Shown: positions 1-15,260 of the stretch, in pieces | How positions within the stretch are numbered: position 1 is the first letter of the stretch | How the letters are laid out: every line of letters begins with the position of its first letter | DNA from: Eledone cirrhosa | Lineage: Eukaryota | Length of the DNA stretch: 64,000 nucleotides | Reading direction: 5' to 3' | Assembly: GCA_964016885.1 (NCBI GenBank) | Contig: OZ024762.1 | Coordinates: 25,172,001 to 25,236,000, forward strand | Made by a program: the position numbers and the translations under genes | The notes under the pieces: model-generated | What the model saw: the letters and a program-made list of their open reading frames with translations, nothing else | Database searches by the model: none | Told to the model about the DNA's origin: nothing

Positions 1-110
1 ATAGTGGTGATGATGATGATGGTGATGATGATGATGGTGATGGCGACGATAGTGATGATGATTATGATTATGATGGTGATGGTTATGGTGATGGGGCCGA
101 TGACGATGAC
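1..110. repeat. Degenerate (GAT/GGT)n trinucleotide repeat
   Basis: gatgatgatggtgat... runs visible directly. Confidence 0.9.
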
Positions 111-164
111 AAGATGCATGAATGCATTCATTCAGGTAAACGTAGAAATGCGTGTTGAACAAAT

Positions 165-525
<361 letters not shown>

Positions 526-1076
526 TAATATCTATATATTTACGTAAATACAGAAAATACATTACAAGGAAAAAATAAATTTAATCAAGAAAAACAAACA
601 AAAAACACACACAAGGGAGGCAAATCAAGATAACTCGCTCTCCCTCCTGACAACAAAAAAAGAGATAAAAAAAACATATCGCTATATAATATATATGAAA
701 ATAATATATATATAGCAATGGGAGTATTATTAAACATGAGTCGAAAGAAAGATACAAGAAGAAAGTAGAAGGTCATAAAAGGGAAATAAATCAAACCAAT
801 GATCAATATACAAAACACTCTTCTGTGTTTTGTAATTATTTAATTTCTTAACTTTCGGCCATTTTGTTTTTATTTATTTCTTCGTTCGTGTCGATTTTAT
901 TTCATATTATTGTTTGTTTGTTTATTTTTTAGTGTTTTTTTCTTGAGCTTCCTGTCAAGTTGTTGGAGGAAGAGGTTCAATGTAGCGGGTGTAGTGGGTG
1001 TGGTGGAAATATCAATAAAGAATCTATAAACGCCTTGAAACGTTAGCTTGGTTTCTTCTCTCAGTTTCTTCTTCTC

Positions 1077-1130
1077 TCAATCCGATTCGTATTGATGGAA
1101 TGGCGTTCCATTAATGTCGTCGATGTCAAC
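1077..1130 (-). CDS. Candidate terminal coding exon of an unidentified host gene (VDIDDINGTPFHQYESD*)
   Basis: Minus strand: pyrimidine-rich acceptor tttctatttctagcag, then 17 codons of non-repetitive sequence and TGA, followed by AT-rich UTR-like sequence. No homology recognised. Confidence 0.35.
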   Translation of the reverse strand, partial: VDIDDINGTPFHQYESD

Positions 1131-1173
1131 CTGCTAGAAATAGAAACCACACGACACACAAATCGCTCCTTAA

Positions 1174-1760
1174 TCTACATATAAATCTGAGCGCCTTCTG
1201 TCCGTCCGTCAAACAAGGTGTGTGTGTGTGTGTGTATGTGCGTATGAGTGTGTGTGTGTGTGTGACTGTGTGTGTGTGTTATAGGAAGACAAGGGATAGT
1301 GTAAAAACTATAGAAAAACAGCGGCTGCCGTTCCATTTGTTAAATTGTGTGTGAGAGTAAGTGTGTTTTTGTGTAAATGTATGTGTGCGTGTATGTGTTT
1401 GTGTGTGTGAATGAATGTGTGTGTTATAGGAAGAAAGGGTATGGTTAAAAAAAACTATAGAAAAGCAGCGACTGGCGTCCGTTTGCTAAGTTGTGTGTGA
1501 GAGTATTTGTGTGTTTATGTAAATGTATTGTGTGTGTGTATGTGTGTGTGCGTGTGTGTACGAGCGCGCGCGTCTGTGTGTGTGTAAATGTATGCGTTTG
1601 TGTGTGTTTGTGTGTGTGTGAATGTATGTGTGTATTATAGGAAGAAAGGGTAAAAAAAACTATACGTTCCATTTGCTACGCTGTGTGTGACAGTATGTTT
1701 GTGTTTGTGTAAATATATGTGCGTGTGAATGTATGTATGCGAGTTTGTGTGACTGTATGT
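1174..1760 (+). mobile_element. Possible non-autonomous Helitron-like repeat with three internal ~60-80 bp units
   Basis: Starts TCTACATATAAATC...CTGTCCGTCCGTC, a Helitron-like 5' end. The unit ttataggaaga..aaaactata..ttccatttg recurs at about 1279, 1424 and 1635, separated by (TG)n. Confidence 0.3.
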
Positions 1761-2366
1761 GTAATTGTGTGAATATATTTTGGGAGTGTATACTTTTGTA
1801 AGAGTATTTGTGATTGAATCTCTATTTATATAATGTATGTGTGTTGGGTGAATGTATGTCTGTGAGTGAATATTTTTGTTAGTATGTTACAGTATGCGCG
1901 TTTATATTTATATACTCATACATATAAATGTATGTATATGCAAATACACCCACGCACAAATATATATACACATACGCGTTAGGGTTTTGAAAAAAATTCT
2001 AGTGTTTTAAAAGTGACACAAAAGAGAGTGTAGTTTTTTGATAGATCAAAAGACGTAATGGTCATGGCTGGGATGTCTTAGATTATATGAGAAGTCAATC
2101 AGAGCTGAGCTGCGACGACAGCAATAGCAACAACAACATAAAGGAGGTAGAGACGAGCTAACGAAATGGCCTCCGTATAGAACGCTTGATATGTTAGAAA
2201 TAAATCGGCCATGTTCCTCAAATTACGTTGTAACTCCTTCATAAATGAAGACGAGAATAATTTCTGATCATATATATATCTATGTGTGCCTGTGTGTGTA
2301 TGAGTGTATGTGTATATATACACATACACACATACATGCATACGTACACACACACACACAAACACA

Positions 2367-2445
<79 letters not shown>

Positions 2446-2449
<4 letters not shown>

Positions 2450-2570
2450 AAGTGTGGTAAGGAAGCAGGTGGACCTTAAGGTAGTAGTGTGGGTAATAGC
2501 AGGCTGCTGGCTTAGTTCAGGTATAGCTGTCGTACGACCGGAGCTCAGCTCTCGGGATCCTGGCTCTTTT
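2446..2570 (-). mobile_element. Degenerate copy of the small foldback HHR-half element family
   Basis: gtgtggtaaggaagcaggtggacc...gtagtagtgtgggtaatag matches copies at 12766, 13038, 58571 and 59294; flanked by (TA)n. Confidence 0.75.
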
Positions 2571-2730
2571 CATATATATATATATATATGTGTGTATAAT
2601 ATATATATATATATATATAAACGTTTGTATTTGTAAAGCCAAAACAATGCATGTATGGATATAGAATATAAATGCAAATGCAAAAGATATTGTTGACAAT
2701 TAGTCTTTTACCTTAAATTTATTTAAATAT

Positions 2731-2765
2731 CCTTAATTTTCGAGATAATATCTCTTCGTCGGAGG
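2731..2765 (-). ncRNA. Minimal type I hammerhead-like motif in pLTR (CCGACGA core variant)
   Basis: Reverse complement: cct-CCGACGA-a gaga tatta tctc-GAAA-att-A-agg; palindromic AATT in place of stem III. Confidence 0.55.
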
Positions 2766-5650
2766 GAAGTAAAGTGGTTAAACCAACGTTCTAAATAGCT
2801 TGCCAAGTCATGCTGACAGTAAATGGTATAGAGAATCTGTTCTATCTCTAATGTCAAAGAGTGAAGGTTAGGTGGATAAAGAGTAGTCTCCCTTTAAAAG
2901 GGGTTTTGTACATGTATGTTTAATTGTGTGGGAGAATACGTGAAGGTGTAAGTATGTGTGTGTGTGTATGTGTGTGAGTGTGAGAAGATATATTTATACA
3001 TAAATGTGGGAGATAGATACTCTATCATGTTAAAACTGGTTTTTGTGTGTGTATGTGTGTGTGTGAGAGGGAATAAGTGGAAGTGTAAACGTGTGTATGT
3101 GTGTGTGTGAGTGCGTGTGCGTGTGTGTGAGACGGGGGTGTAAGTATGGGCCTAGGTGTTATTTCAAGTTATAAATTGGGTGTTGAGTTCTAGTCTATTA
3201 TTGATTGGTGGTTGTGTTTTGTCTATAATCAGTGCTCCCTTAATTCTAAGATTGCCGAGGTTTCTTTCCTTAGTTTCTATCCTAACTTTTGTTTTTGTCG
3301 GTGTTTTTGCATTTCACTAGGTGTTGCTTAAATGAGGAAGCGTTAGTATTGAGGTGTTATTTTATTTTATGTGAAGTAGTGTGGTGGTGCTACCTACGTA
3401 GAAGTTGCTGCATTTGTCGCACTCTTATCTGTATACGACGTAAGCCTGGTGGCATAGGTCTGTGTCGATGATGGGGCAGTTGGCTAGTCTGCAGCGGCTG
3501 TCATGTCTGGTGGAGTGTCCTTTGTTAGCCGTCCGCGTAGAGAAGGTCCTGAGTGGGCTAGTTGGATATCTAGTCCCTCTCGTCTGATAGCTCTGCGGAT
3601 GGCTGTTGTTGTTTCCTCACTGAAGTGTGGGAGCTTCAGGAAGCACGTGTTATTGCCTCGGGTGTGGTGTCCTCTGGTATTTCTGGCACGGTTTGTGGTG
3701 GACGTCGGGTATCCGTTCAGTTTGAGTACTTCCAGGAAATGTGTGGTGTGTGAGTCTCTGTCTCTAGCGTCGGTGCATTTGTTCCGGATACGTGTAGTTC
3801 GTTCCTTATGTATCCAAACTTAGCGCCGGATGGGAGGGCCGATCTGAAATGTACAAACAGGTCCCTGCTGGCCGCTTTCTTATAGAAGCAGGTGTGGATG
3901 TTGCCTTCCTCTGTTACCCTGAGTTGGAAGTCCAGTAGGGATAGGGATCCGCGGCCATCGGGGTGTTCCATGCTGAACTTTATACAGTAGCTCCGACGAA
4001 GTCATACGTAGACTACACCAACTCCAGCCAGAACAACTTAAACTAAATAGATACGCCTTTATCCTCGACGTTGTCTCCCTCTACACTACAGTCCCCGCTC
4101 ATCCAGCTGTCGATTTATTGACGGATTGCGTGGTTGCAGAGGACATCCACTGCTACGGCCTCCATCCGACGGACATACACCAGATTTTGTCCTTCACAGT
4201 GGACAACACGTACTTCACTTTCCACCACCACACATACAGACAGACTACAGGATTACCCATGGGGCCAGCCTATCGGGCCTGCTGGCCATCACCTATATGA
4301 ACCAGCTAGAATGCCGAGCCCTCAACACCTGCCATTCTCATACCTTCTTCACCCGATATGTATATGTCATACTCATCCTTACATCATCCCGTGAGGAGGC
4401 GGATAAAATATACACGACACTCTCCAGCTTGGACGCCAGTATAAAGTTCAGCATGGAACACCCCATGACCACGGATACCTATCCCTACTGGACTTCCAAC
4501 TCAGGTTAACAGAGGAAGGCAACGTCCACACCTGTATTTAAAAAAGCGGCCAGCAGGGCCCTGTCTTTATAATTCAGATCGACCCTCCCAGCCGGCGCTA
4601 AGTTCGGATACATAAGGAACGAACTACACGTATCCGGAATAAATGCACCGACGTTAGAGACCGAGACACACACACCACACATTTCCTGGAAGTATTCAAA
4701 CTGAACGGATACCCGATGTCCACCTCGAACCGTGCCAGAAAGAACAGAAGACACCACACCCGAGGCACTAACACATGCTTCCTGAAGCTCTCACACTTCA
4801 GTGAGGAAACAACAACAGCAACCCGCAGAGCTATCAAACGAGAGGGACTAGATATCCAACTAGCCCACTCAGGACCTTCTCTACGCGGACGGCTAACAAA
4901 AGACACTCCACCAGACATGACAGCCGCTGCAGGCTAGCCAACTGCCCATCATCGACACAGACCTATGCCACCAGGCTTACGTCGTATACAGATAAGAGTG
5001 CGACAAATGCAGCAACTTCTACGTAGGTAGCACCACCACACCACTTCACATAAGAATAAAAGAACACCTCAATACTAACGTTTCCTCATTTAAGCAACAC
5101 CTAGTGAAATGCAAAAACACCGACAAAACCATAACAGTTAGGATAGAAACTAAGGAAAGAAACCTCGGCAATCTTAGAATTAAGGAAGCACTGATTATAG
5201 ACAAAACACAACCACCAATCAATAATAGACTAGAACTCACACCCAATTTATAACTTGATAGAGCACCTAGCCACATACTTACACCCGTCTCACACACACG
5301 CACACGCACGCACACGCGCACACACACATACGCTTACACCTCCACTTATTCTCTCTCACACACACACATACACACAGAAAGACCAGTTTTAACACGATAG
5401 AGCATCTATCCCCCACATTTAAGTATAGACATGTCTTCTCACCATCACACACACACACACATACTTACACATTCACGTATTCTCCCACACACTTAAACAT
5501 ACATGTACAAAACCCCTTTTAAAGGGAGACTACTCTGTATCCACCTAGCCTTCACTCTTTGACATTAGAGATAGAACAGATTCTCTATACCATTTCCTGT
5601 CAGCATGACTCGGCAAGCTATTTAGAACGCTGGTTTAACCACTTTACTTC

Positions 5651-5685
5651 CCTCCGAAGAAGAGATATTATCTAGAAAATTAAGG
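5651..5685 (+). ncRNA. Minimal hammerhead-like motif in 3' pLTR (CCGAAGA core variant)
   Basis: cct-CCGAAGA-agagatattatcta-GAAA-attaagg; mirror copy of 2731-2765. Confidence 0.5.
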
Positions 5686-6057
5686 ATATGAAATAAAGTT
5701 AAGGTAAAAGACTAATTGTCAACAATATCTTTTGCATTTGCATTTATATTCTATATCCATACCTGCATTGTTTTGGCCTTAAAAACTACAAATGTTTATA
5801 CCTAATTACACAATGCTTATAGTGAACTATAACTTCCTCCATATATATATGTATATATATATATATATGTATGTATGTGTGTGTGTGCGTGTAAGTATGT
5901 ATGTCTGTAGGTACGTATATATATACATATATATATACATATATATATATATATAATATATAAGATCAAAAGATGGTTAAAAGAGTTCCATGTATTTTAT
6001 TATGCGCATTTCAAACTCACCTCCTACATATATATATATATATATATAACCACAACA

Positions 6058-8323
6058 ATGGAAAAGCACTACCTGGATATGTCACTTAAAAACATACCAA
6101 CCCAAGGTAAAAGGGAATACTTATTGAGTATGCTACAAAAAACAAATGAATTCATTCGACGTGTCAGGTGGAAAACGCTCCACTATGATAGAAGCCGTAT
6201 GAACTCACCATCAGAAAGTGGTGTAAACAACAAATTTGGTTTTAGAACGTGTAAAAACCCACCCACCAACCCACTATTAGATGCATTTGAGCAGGACCTT
6301 ATGGACTTAATCCTTAAAATTAAATTCAAAGGACGTAACACCAACAACAAACTGCAGAAAGATATTAAAAAACTACTGGACGACCTTAAAAACACCAAAG
6401 GAATTGTAGTAAAAGCGGACAAAACATCTAACCTGTGCACTATGGACTGCACTACATATAACAACTTCATTCGAAAAGAATTACATAAAAAATATAGAAA
6501 AACGAGTGAAGTAACCCTTAAGCACATCAATGATGAGGCATGCGAAATAGTGAAAAATATCAGAATCGAAGATGGGACAGGACCACTCTTACCGCTGGTA
6601 CCCACCTTCAATCTTAAGGACCATAAGGTAAACTTTGATAATGACCCTAAAATTAGACTAATCTGCCCCTCTAAATCAGATATAGGTAAAATAAGCAAAT
6701 ATAACTTAGATAGAATCATCCCCCAAATTAAGGCTAAGGTTAACATTAAACTCAGGGGAAAGACCCAAGAAGCAATAAGATGGTTTAATAGCATTAGCAA
6801 TAAGAATAAATCTAAGTTTATCCAGTTTGATATCGATGAATATTACTCATTGATATCACCTGAAACTCCGAATAGAGCCCTTGAGTTTGCTAAGGACCTT
6901 ACAAACGAAGAAATTAAGATTATATTAGAAGCTAGGAAAATTATAGTAAAATTTGAGAACAGTTATTGGGTTCGTAAAGATAGACCCTCCAACTTTGACA
7001 TAACAATGGGCTCTAACGATTCGGCGGAAATAACTGATATTGTGGGGTTATTTATCGCCTTTAGACTCCAGGAAAAATTCAGTAATCTCCACGGTGGATA
7101 TACCGCGATGATGTTCTCCTCCTAGTTAAAAACCTAAATAACCAAAAACTAGAAAAACTACGCAAAGATATAAGAAAACTACTACTTGAAATAGGACTAA
7201 CTATAACATATGAACACAACCGTTTCATAAATTAAATGAAAATCTCAAGTACGTGAATGTTGGGTCTAACCACCCCATCTCTATAATTAAATCTATCCCT
7301 AAAAATATTTCCCTTAGAATCTCGCGTCTATCTTCTAACATACAAGTATTTAAGGAACACGCCGAGTACTACGATAACGCCCTTAGTAAAGTAGGCTACC
7401 TCAACAAAATAGAATATATAGATGAAAACAATCAAAACACCCAAAATAAATCCCACATAGGTAGAAATAATAACACAACACCAAACCACACTTACTACCA
7501 TAGTGTACACACCAATAAACCAACAAACAAAACTAATAGAAAGCGATGTAAAGAGTACTTATGGTATAACCCTGAATACAATAGTTCCATTAGTACAAAA
7601 TTACCAGTACTCTTCTTTAAAATAGTTAGGAAACATTTTCCTACATCACACAAATACCACAAAATCCTAAACCCTACCACTATAAGACTGTCATACTCTA
7701 CAGCGTTAAACCTCGAACAACACATAAAAAAGATGAATACTAGAAGGTTAAACGAAAACACTAAAAACTTAAGTACAAAGAGCAGAAAAAAAACAGTAGA
7801 CAATACACTACAGAACATAAATAAACCACACCTAAGTTCGTCCGCAATACTACTCCAGAGTGAACCTAACTACAAAACCAACGTACACAACTGTAACTGC
7901 ACCTATCCTGACAATTGCCCCCTCGGCAATAACTGCCTTGAAAAAAATATCATCTATAAGTGTACCATTGAATCCGGAGGCAACGAGTGGTATTACGTGG
8001 GATCAACGGCAACATCGTTTAAATCTCGATTGTATAGGCATTCTTACTCAATAAAACACCAGAGCCAAAGAAATGTAACAACTTTAGCAGAAAAAGATTG
8101 GACGCTCAGGGATAGCGATCAAAAGTTTACCCTAAAATGGGAGAAATTAGCTAAAACCCAAAGCTTTTCCAGGAGCCAAAATTTCTGCAAATTATGTAAT
8201 CTTGAGATTTATTACTTAATCACACACAAGAAGAAATTGCTTAATAACAGAATTGAACGAACATTATTCTGCCGTCACCGAACTAAAACCCTTTTTTCCC
8301 ACTACAAGCTGAATATTACATAA
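6058..8323 (+). pseudogene. PLE reverse transcriptase + GIY-YIG endonuclease, frameshifted near 7100 with a small deletion near 7230
   Basis: SLKNIP, VKADKT, FDIDEYY (motif A), FDITMGSNDSAEI (motif B), YRDD recovered in the shifted frame (tac cgc gat gat, ~7100), CNC-x5-CPL, IIYK..YVGST, CKLC, LN.R..CRH. Confidence 0.9.
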
Positions 8324-8553
8324 ACGAGGGACATCCTCCCAACTATACAAATCCTCAATCTAGTTAGAAAAATATAAAAACAATCTCTTCTCAATATATA
8401 TATGTACTATTAATAACCTTAAATTATCACACTAATAATGGATAAATATGCTGGTGAGAATAGGTGCGAATATGCTATAATGAATGTGTCTAAAAGCGAC
8501 CATATGTATGTATATAGGTGAAAATGTATATAAATAAGTAAATAAGTGGGTGA

Positions 8554-8588
<35 letters not shown>

Positions 8589-8635
8589 TAATGTGTATAA
8601 TTAAATGTACGTGTATTCATGTATATGTGTATTTG

Positions 8636-8666
<31 letters not shown>

Positions 8667-9250
8667 GGACAAGAGTATGTATGTATATATGTGTGTGTCT
8701 ATATGTGTGTATATGAAGATAAGTAGAGTATGAAAGTGTATATACATGAATGCGTATGTATGTACATATATATATGTATATATATATATATATATATATA
8801 CAGGTGTATATGTAAGTAAGTATGAGCATGTAAGTATGTGAATGTGAGTGTATGTATTTGTAGAGGTGTACATATATGTATGTGTGTGAATGTATATGGT
8901 TTTTAAAAAAATAAGTATATATACGCATATATTTATGTGTGGGCGAGCGACTGCGTACACTTGAAAGAAAAATTTAAGTCTGTATGTGAATTAAGTGCAA
9001 ACACAAAACCAACCATGCATATCTTTACTATCTCTAATCCTTCTATAGATTTAGAAAAATAACCAATACAACCAGCGCCAAATAAAGAATATTCTATAAA
9101 AAATGTCAAACACAACTAACAAAATAACAGATGGGAATCAAATTACCCACTGCTATCAAATATTTCTATCCATTCCCTTAACTATTCTTCTAACAACCTC
9201 ACTCCTCCCTCTTAATATTCTCTATAAAAACCAAACAAGTTCTCAATGAT

Positions 9251-9308
9251 ATTATTCTGATGAAATGGTAGTTGAAAATAACATTGAAATATTGAGTGTC
9301 TGCATAAT
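9251..9308 (+). ncRNA. Type I hammerhead ribozyme in the PLE 3' region
   Basis: attatt-CTGATGA-aatg...catt-GAAA-tattgagt-GTC-tgcataat. A second, decayed HHR-like motif follows at ~9308-9372 (tagca/tgcta stem II, GAAACACGTGTC, ttatt/aataa). Confidence 0.7.
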
Positions 9309-9405
9309 TATTACTTTGTAGATAGCAACTATTTTCAGGTTATATAACTGCTATTGAAACACGTGTCAATAAATTCCTTTTACTGAACTGTATCCATTTA
9401 AATCC

Positions 9406-9487
<82 letters not shown>

Positions 9488-9834
9488 GTATATGTGTGTG
9501 TATATATATGTATATATATATATATAACGCTATTATATAATTTCTACAATTACATCTTGTAGAAATAGTAATATTTACAATCATTCATTACCATTTTCAC
9601 ATTTTTATCATCATCATCAACATCATCATCACCAGCATCATCCTCAACCTCATCATCATCATCATCAACATCATCGCCATCATCATCATTATCGTCATCA
9701 TCTTACTGTTGATGTTGATGATAATATCATGATGAGTAAGATTTTATATTTTCTTTATATTTTCCGCCATTTACCATGAGGGTTGAATATAAATCTTGGA
9801 ACGGCGGAGCGGTGGGTGGTATAGTAGAGAGATG

Positions 9835-12300
<2,466 letters not shown>

Positions 12301-12694
12301 CTAATTGAAAGCATCCAACGAATATATATATATATATATATATGAGTTTGTGTGTGTATATGTTTGCGTATCGTTTAGATATGTTAAAAATGGCGTCATC
12401 TTGGGGATGGATATTTGAGCTGTTCGACACTGGGTTGGTAAATAGTAATGTAAATAGATTAGCCCCTTAGACATAAAACAAATTAGTACTGCTTTAAAAG
12501 TGAAAGTAAAATAAAACAAAATGGTCGCAAATGAAATGGTGAACAGGTTTTGTATAAAGAGTAACATGAAGAAACATATTGTATTTATTACAAATAACGT
12601 TCATATGACTGACTTAAATATCTAATGGAGAAAAGCAAACAAGACAGACAGATACACACACATACACACACACACACATACACACACACACGCA

Positions 12695-12738
<44 letters not shown>

Positions 12739-12765
12739 TGTGTATATATATATATTTATATATAT

Positions 12766-12966
12766 AACGAAGGAAATGTGGTAAGGAACCAGGTGGACCA
12801 TAACGCACCAAAATACTCAATACTTAGAGTAGTAGAGTGGGTAATAGGAACGAGTAGGACCCCGACGGCTGAGCTCAAGCCGTTTCGACGGATAATTCTG
12901 GACTCATTCTCAGTCTAGAATTAGCCGTCGAAACGGCTTGAGCTCAGCCGTCGGGTCATACTCGTT

Positions 12967-12971
<5 letters not shown>
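12766..12971 (-). mobile_element. Small non-coding foldback element carrying the 3' half of a hammerhead; ~60-bp hairpin at 12844-12971
   Basis: Arms differ by 3 substitutions and 1 indel, 7-nt loop. Each arm reads gtc-GAAA-cggct tgagctc agcc-GTC-gggtc. Confidence 0.85.
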
Positions 12972-13017
<46 letters not shown>

Positions 13018-13037
13018 TATCTCTATATATATATATT

Positions 13038-13226
13038 GAAAAAGAGTCAGGTCCCCGTCGGCCGAGCTGCAGCCGCTTTGACAGCTATTTCTGAACTGCT
13101 GTCGAAACGGCCGAAGCTCACCCGTCGGGGTCCTGACTCTTTTTCTATTACCGACTCTACTACCCATTATATGGAGTACTCGGGTGCGTTATGGTCCAGT
13201 TGGTTCCTTACCAGACTTCCTTTCTT
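13038..13226 (+). mobile_element. Second copy of the foldback HHR-half element, opposite orientation to 12766-12971
   Basis: aaaagagtcaggtccccg...gacagc/gctgtc-GAAA-cgg..ccGTC-ggggtcctgactctttt followed by the family body. Confidence 0.8.
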
Positions 13227-13266
13227 AAATATTTATAGTCATACAGGCCTATATATGTATACACAG

Positions 13267-13337
<71 letters not shown>

Positions 13338-13387
13338 AGTATGTATGTATACGTACATACATATATGTATACAGACGTACAGTAGCA

Positions 13388-13501
<114 letters not shown>

Positions 13502-13853
13502 CAGGTACACATACATATATGTACGTATCAGTTTAGCGGACGCTAATTATAACGCCCGCTTTGTCCGTTTGTAAACAAGCGGACAGCCTGAATTTATGCC
13601 GTACGGTGTTAAGGCAACCACGTCACCTTTTTTTTTTTTTTTTTTTTTTTTGTTCAACACTGACACAGGAACGATGTACTAGTTTCAAGCTTCTTAGCTA
13701 TCATCAGCACCGTATACCCTTCTGCCAGATGGTTGAACGTTCGAAAGTATATACTTTCCTTATGAAAATTAACGGCTGAGCAGCCTAATTTGCATATCGA
13801 TTAAGTGCCGTACTAAGAGTTAGAAATGAAATTTCGTTTTCATTCTATTACAA

Positions 13854-13985
<132 letters not shown>

Positions 13986-14026
13986 CGAAACATAAGTCAA
14001 TTGCATGAACGCATAATCCTTAATTT

Positions 14027-14082
14027 ACTGCTATATATATTTCAATGATAGCCATTGAATGGCTATGACCTCATCAGGCAGT
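14027..14082 (-). ncRNA. Type I hammerhead ribozyme (solo pLTR fragment)
   Basis: Reverse complement: actgc-CTGATGA-ggtc atagccat tca atggctat catt-GAAA-tatata-TA-gcagt; perfect 5-bp stem I, 8-bp helix in stem II. Confidence 0.8.
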
Positions 14083-14351
14083 TAGTCAGTTCTTAGATAT
14101 GCCAGCTCTGTGTTTATAGTGTTGATGGTATCAGAGCCTTGAGACATATGAGCTAGATGTATATATATATATATACATCTTTTACTTTATCTGTTTCAGC
14201 CATCCGGCTGAGGCCATACTGGGGCACCGCCATTGTTGCTACACATTCAATCGCCAGCCTGTGTTGGCTGGCTATTGGTGTAAGAAGGAGTTCGTTACTG
14301 TTGGTTACTGCCCTTAGGATACATTCGTAACGTGCAGTTGGCTCATCCGGG

Positions 14352-15240
14352 ATACAACCCCTGGAGGTGAACCAGCTTACACATTTAGAAGGGACCTATA
14401 TAAACTTAATATAAATATTAAGATAGCGGAAAGAGCAGGTACCTCCATAAAAACACTTATTAGTAATACATACCCTTTCCAAAGACCTCCTTTTATATAT
14501 AAGAAATGCATAATCTCTAAACTAAGTCCCCATATTAACTACAAAACTAGAAACATAGTATATAGCATAATATCTACTGAGGGACAATGTTAAGATAAGA
14601 ATATAGTGTACATAGGTGAGACAGCACGTAGTATAGGAGAACGATTAAATGAACACAGGCGAGAGCTTCAAGATAGAAAAGAATCATCAGTACTTCACCA
14701 ACATGCTAATATAGAACATAAGGGCAAATTAGAGAACATAGAAATAAAAGTAAAATCTACACACAGAAAAGACGCAATGTTTAGACAAATCACAGAGGCA
14801 ATAAACATAAATGAACTCCAACCAAAATTAAATAGAAAACATGAATGGAATAGCAACATCTTAACTTACAATTAAGGACAAAATGAAAACACACACACAT
14901 AGAACAAACAACCAACAGTAAGATGTAAATAAACAAATAAAAACACATACAGACAACAGGATGTAACTGATGCGCAAAGTAAGCACACAACACACACCAA
15001 AACCAGATTGTGTAGGACAGAACAAAGGAGAGGCACAAAACAAAGAAAAGAATCCCCGGTCACTGATGAGGTCATAGGATGTGTGACGAAAGAATTTTGA
15101 CAATATATGAACAACCGTCCGTTTGTGGAACCAACCAACCAACCGGAAATTCATAAATTTCTTAAATGTATAATAATTTAAAGTGAAATTTACTGGTGCG
15201 TGTGTTTCTTATTGGCAACATGGCCCTCCCAAAGTATAAC
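14352..15240 (+). mobile_element. 5'-truncated PLE (GIY-YIG + 3' UTR), same family as 17715 and 50325
   Basis: IVYSI..YIGETARSIGERLNEH..RQITEA..LNRKHEW; shared 3' end atgrccctcccmaagtataac then (TA)n. Confidence 0.9.
15059..15101 (+). ncRNA. Type I hammerhead motif in PLE 3' UTR
   Basis: gtca-CTGATGA-g gtcat..gtgac-GAAA-gaattt-tgac. Confidence 0.7.
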
Positions 15241-15260
15241 TATATATATATATATATATA

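Larger units (their letters stand above)
2617..5840 (+). mobile_element. 5'-truncated Penelope-like retroelement with a 1.35-kb inverted duplication (arms ~2617-3985 and ~4439-5800)
   Basis: RT motif A ILDVVSLYTTVP (4061), motif B YRQTTGLPMG-SLSGLLA, decayed YVDD (RYVYV), thumb region, GIY-YIG (VVYR..FYVGST..R..EH..E..N, 4980-5250). Near-identical antisense ORFs at 3503+ and 4598- reveal the inversion. About 45-bp unpaired tail; flanked by (TA)n. Confidence 0.9.
6049..9405 (+). mobile_element. Near-full-length Penelope-like element, Naiad-type
   Basis: RT plus C-terminal GIY-YIG ORF, long 3' UTR ending in HHR motifs; flanked by (TA)n and (TC)n. Confidence 0.85.

Noticed and set aside
6183-6800. 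Hydrophobic antisense ORFs over PLE and LINE coding regions
   Set aside because: These are shadow ORFs of A-rich retroelement coding strands.
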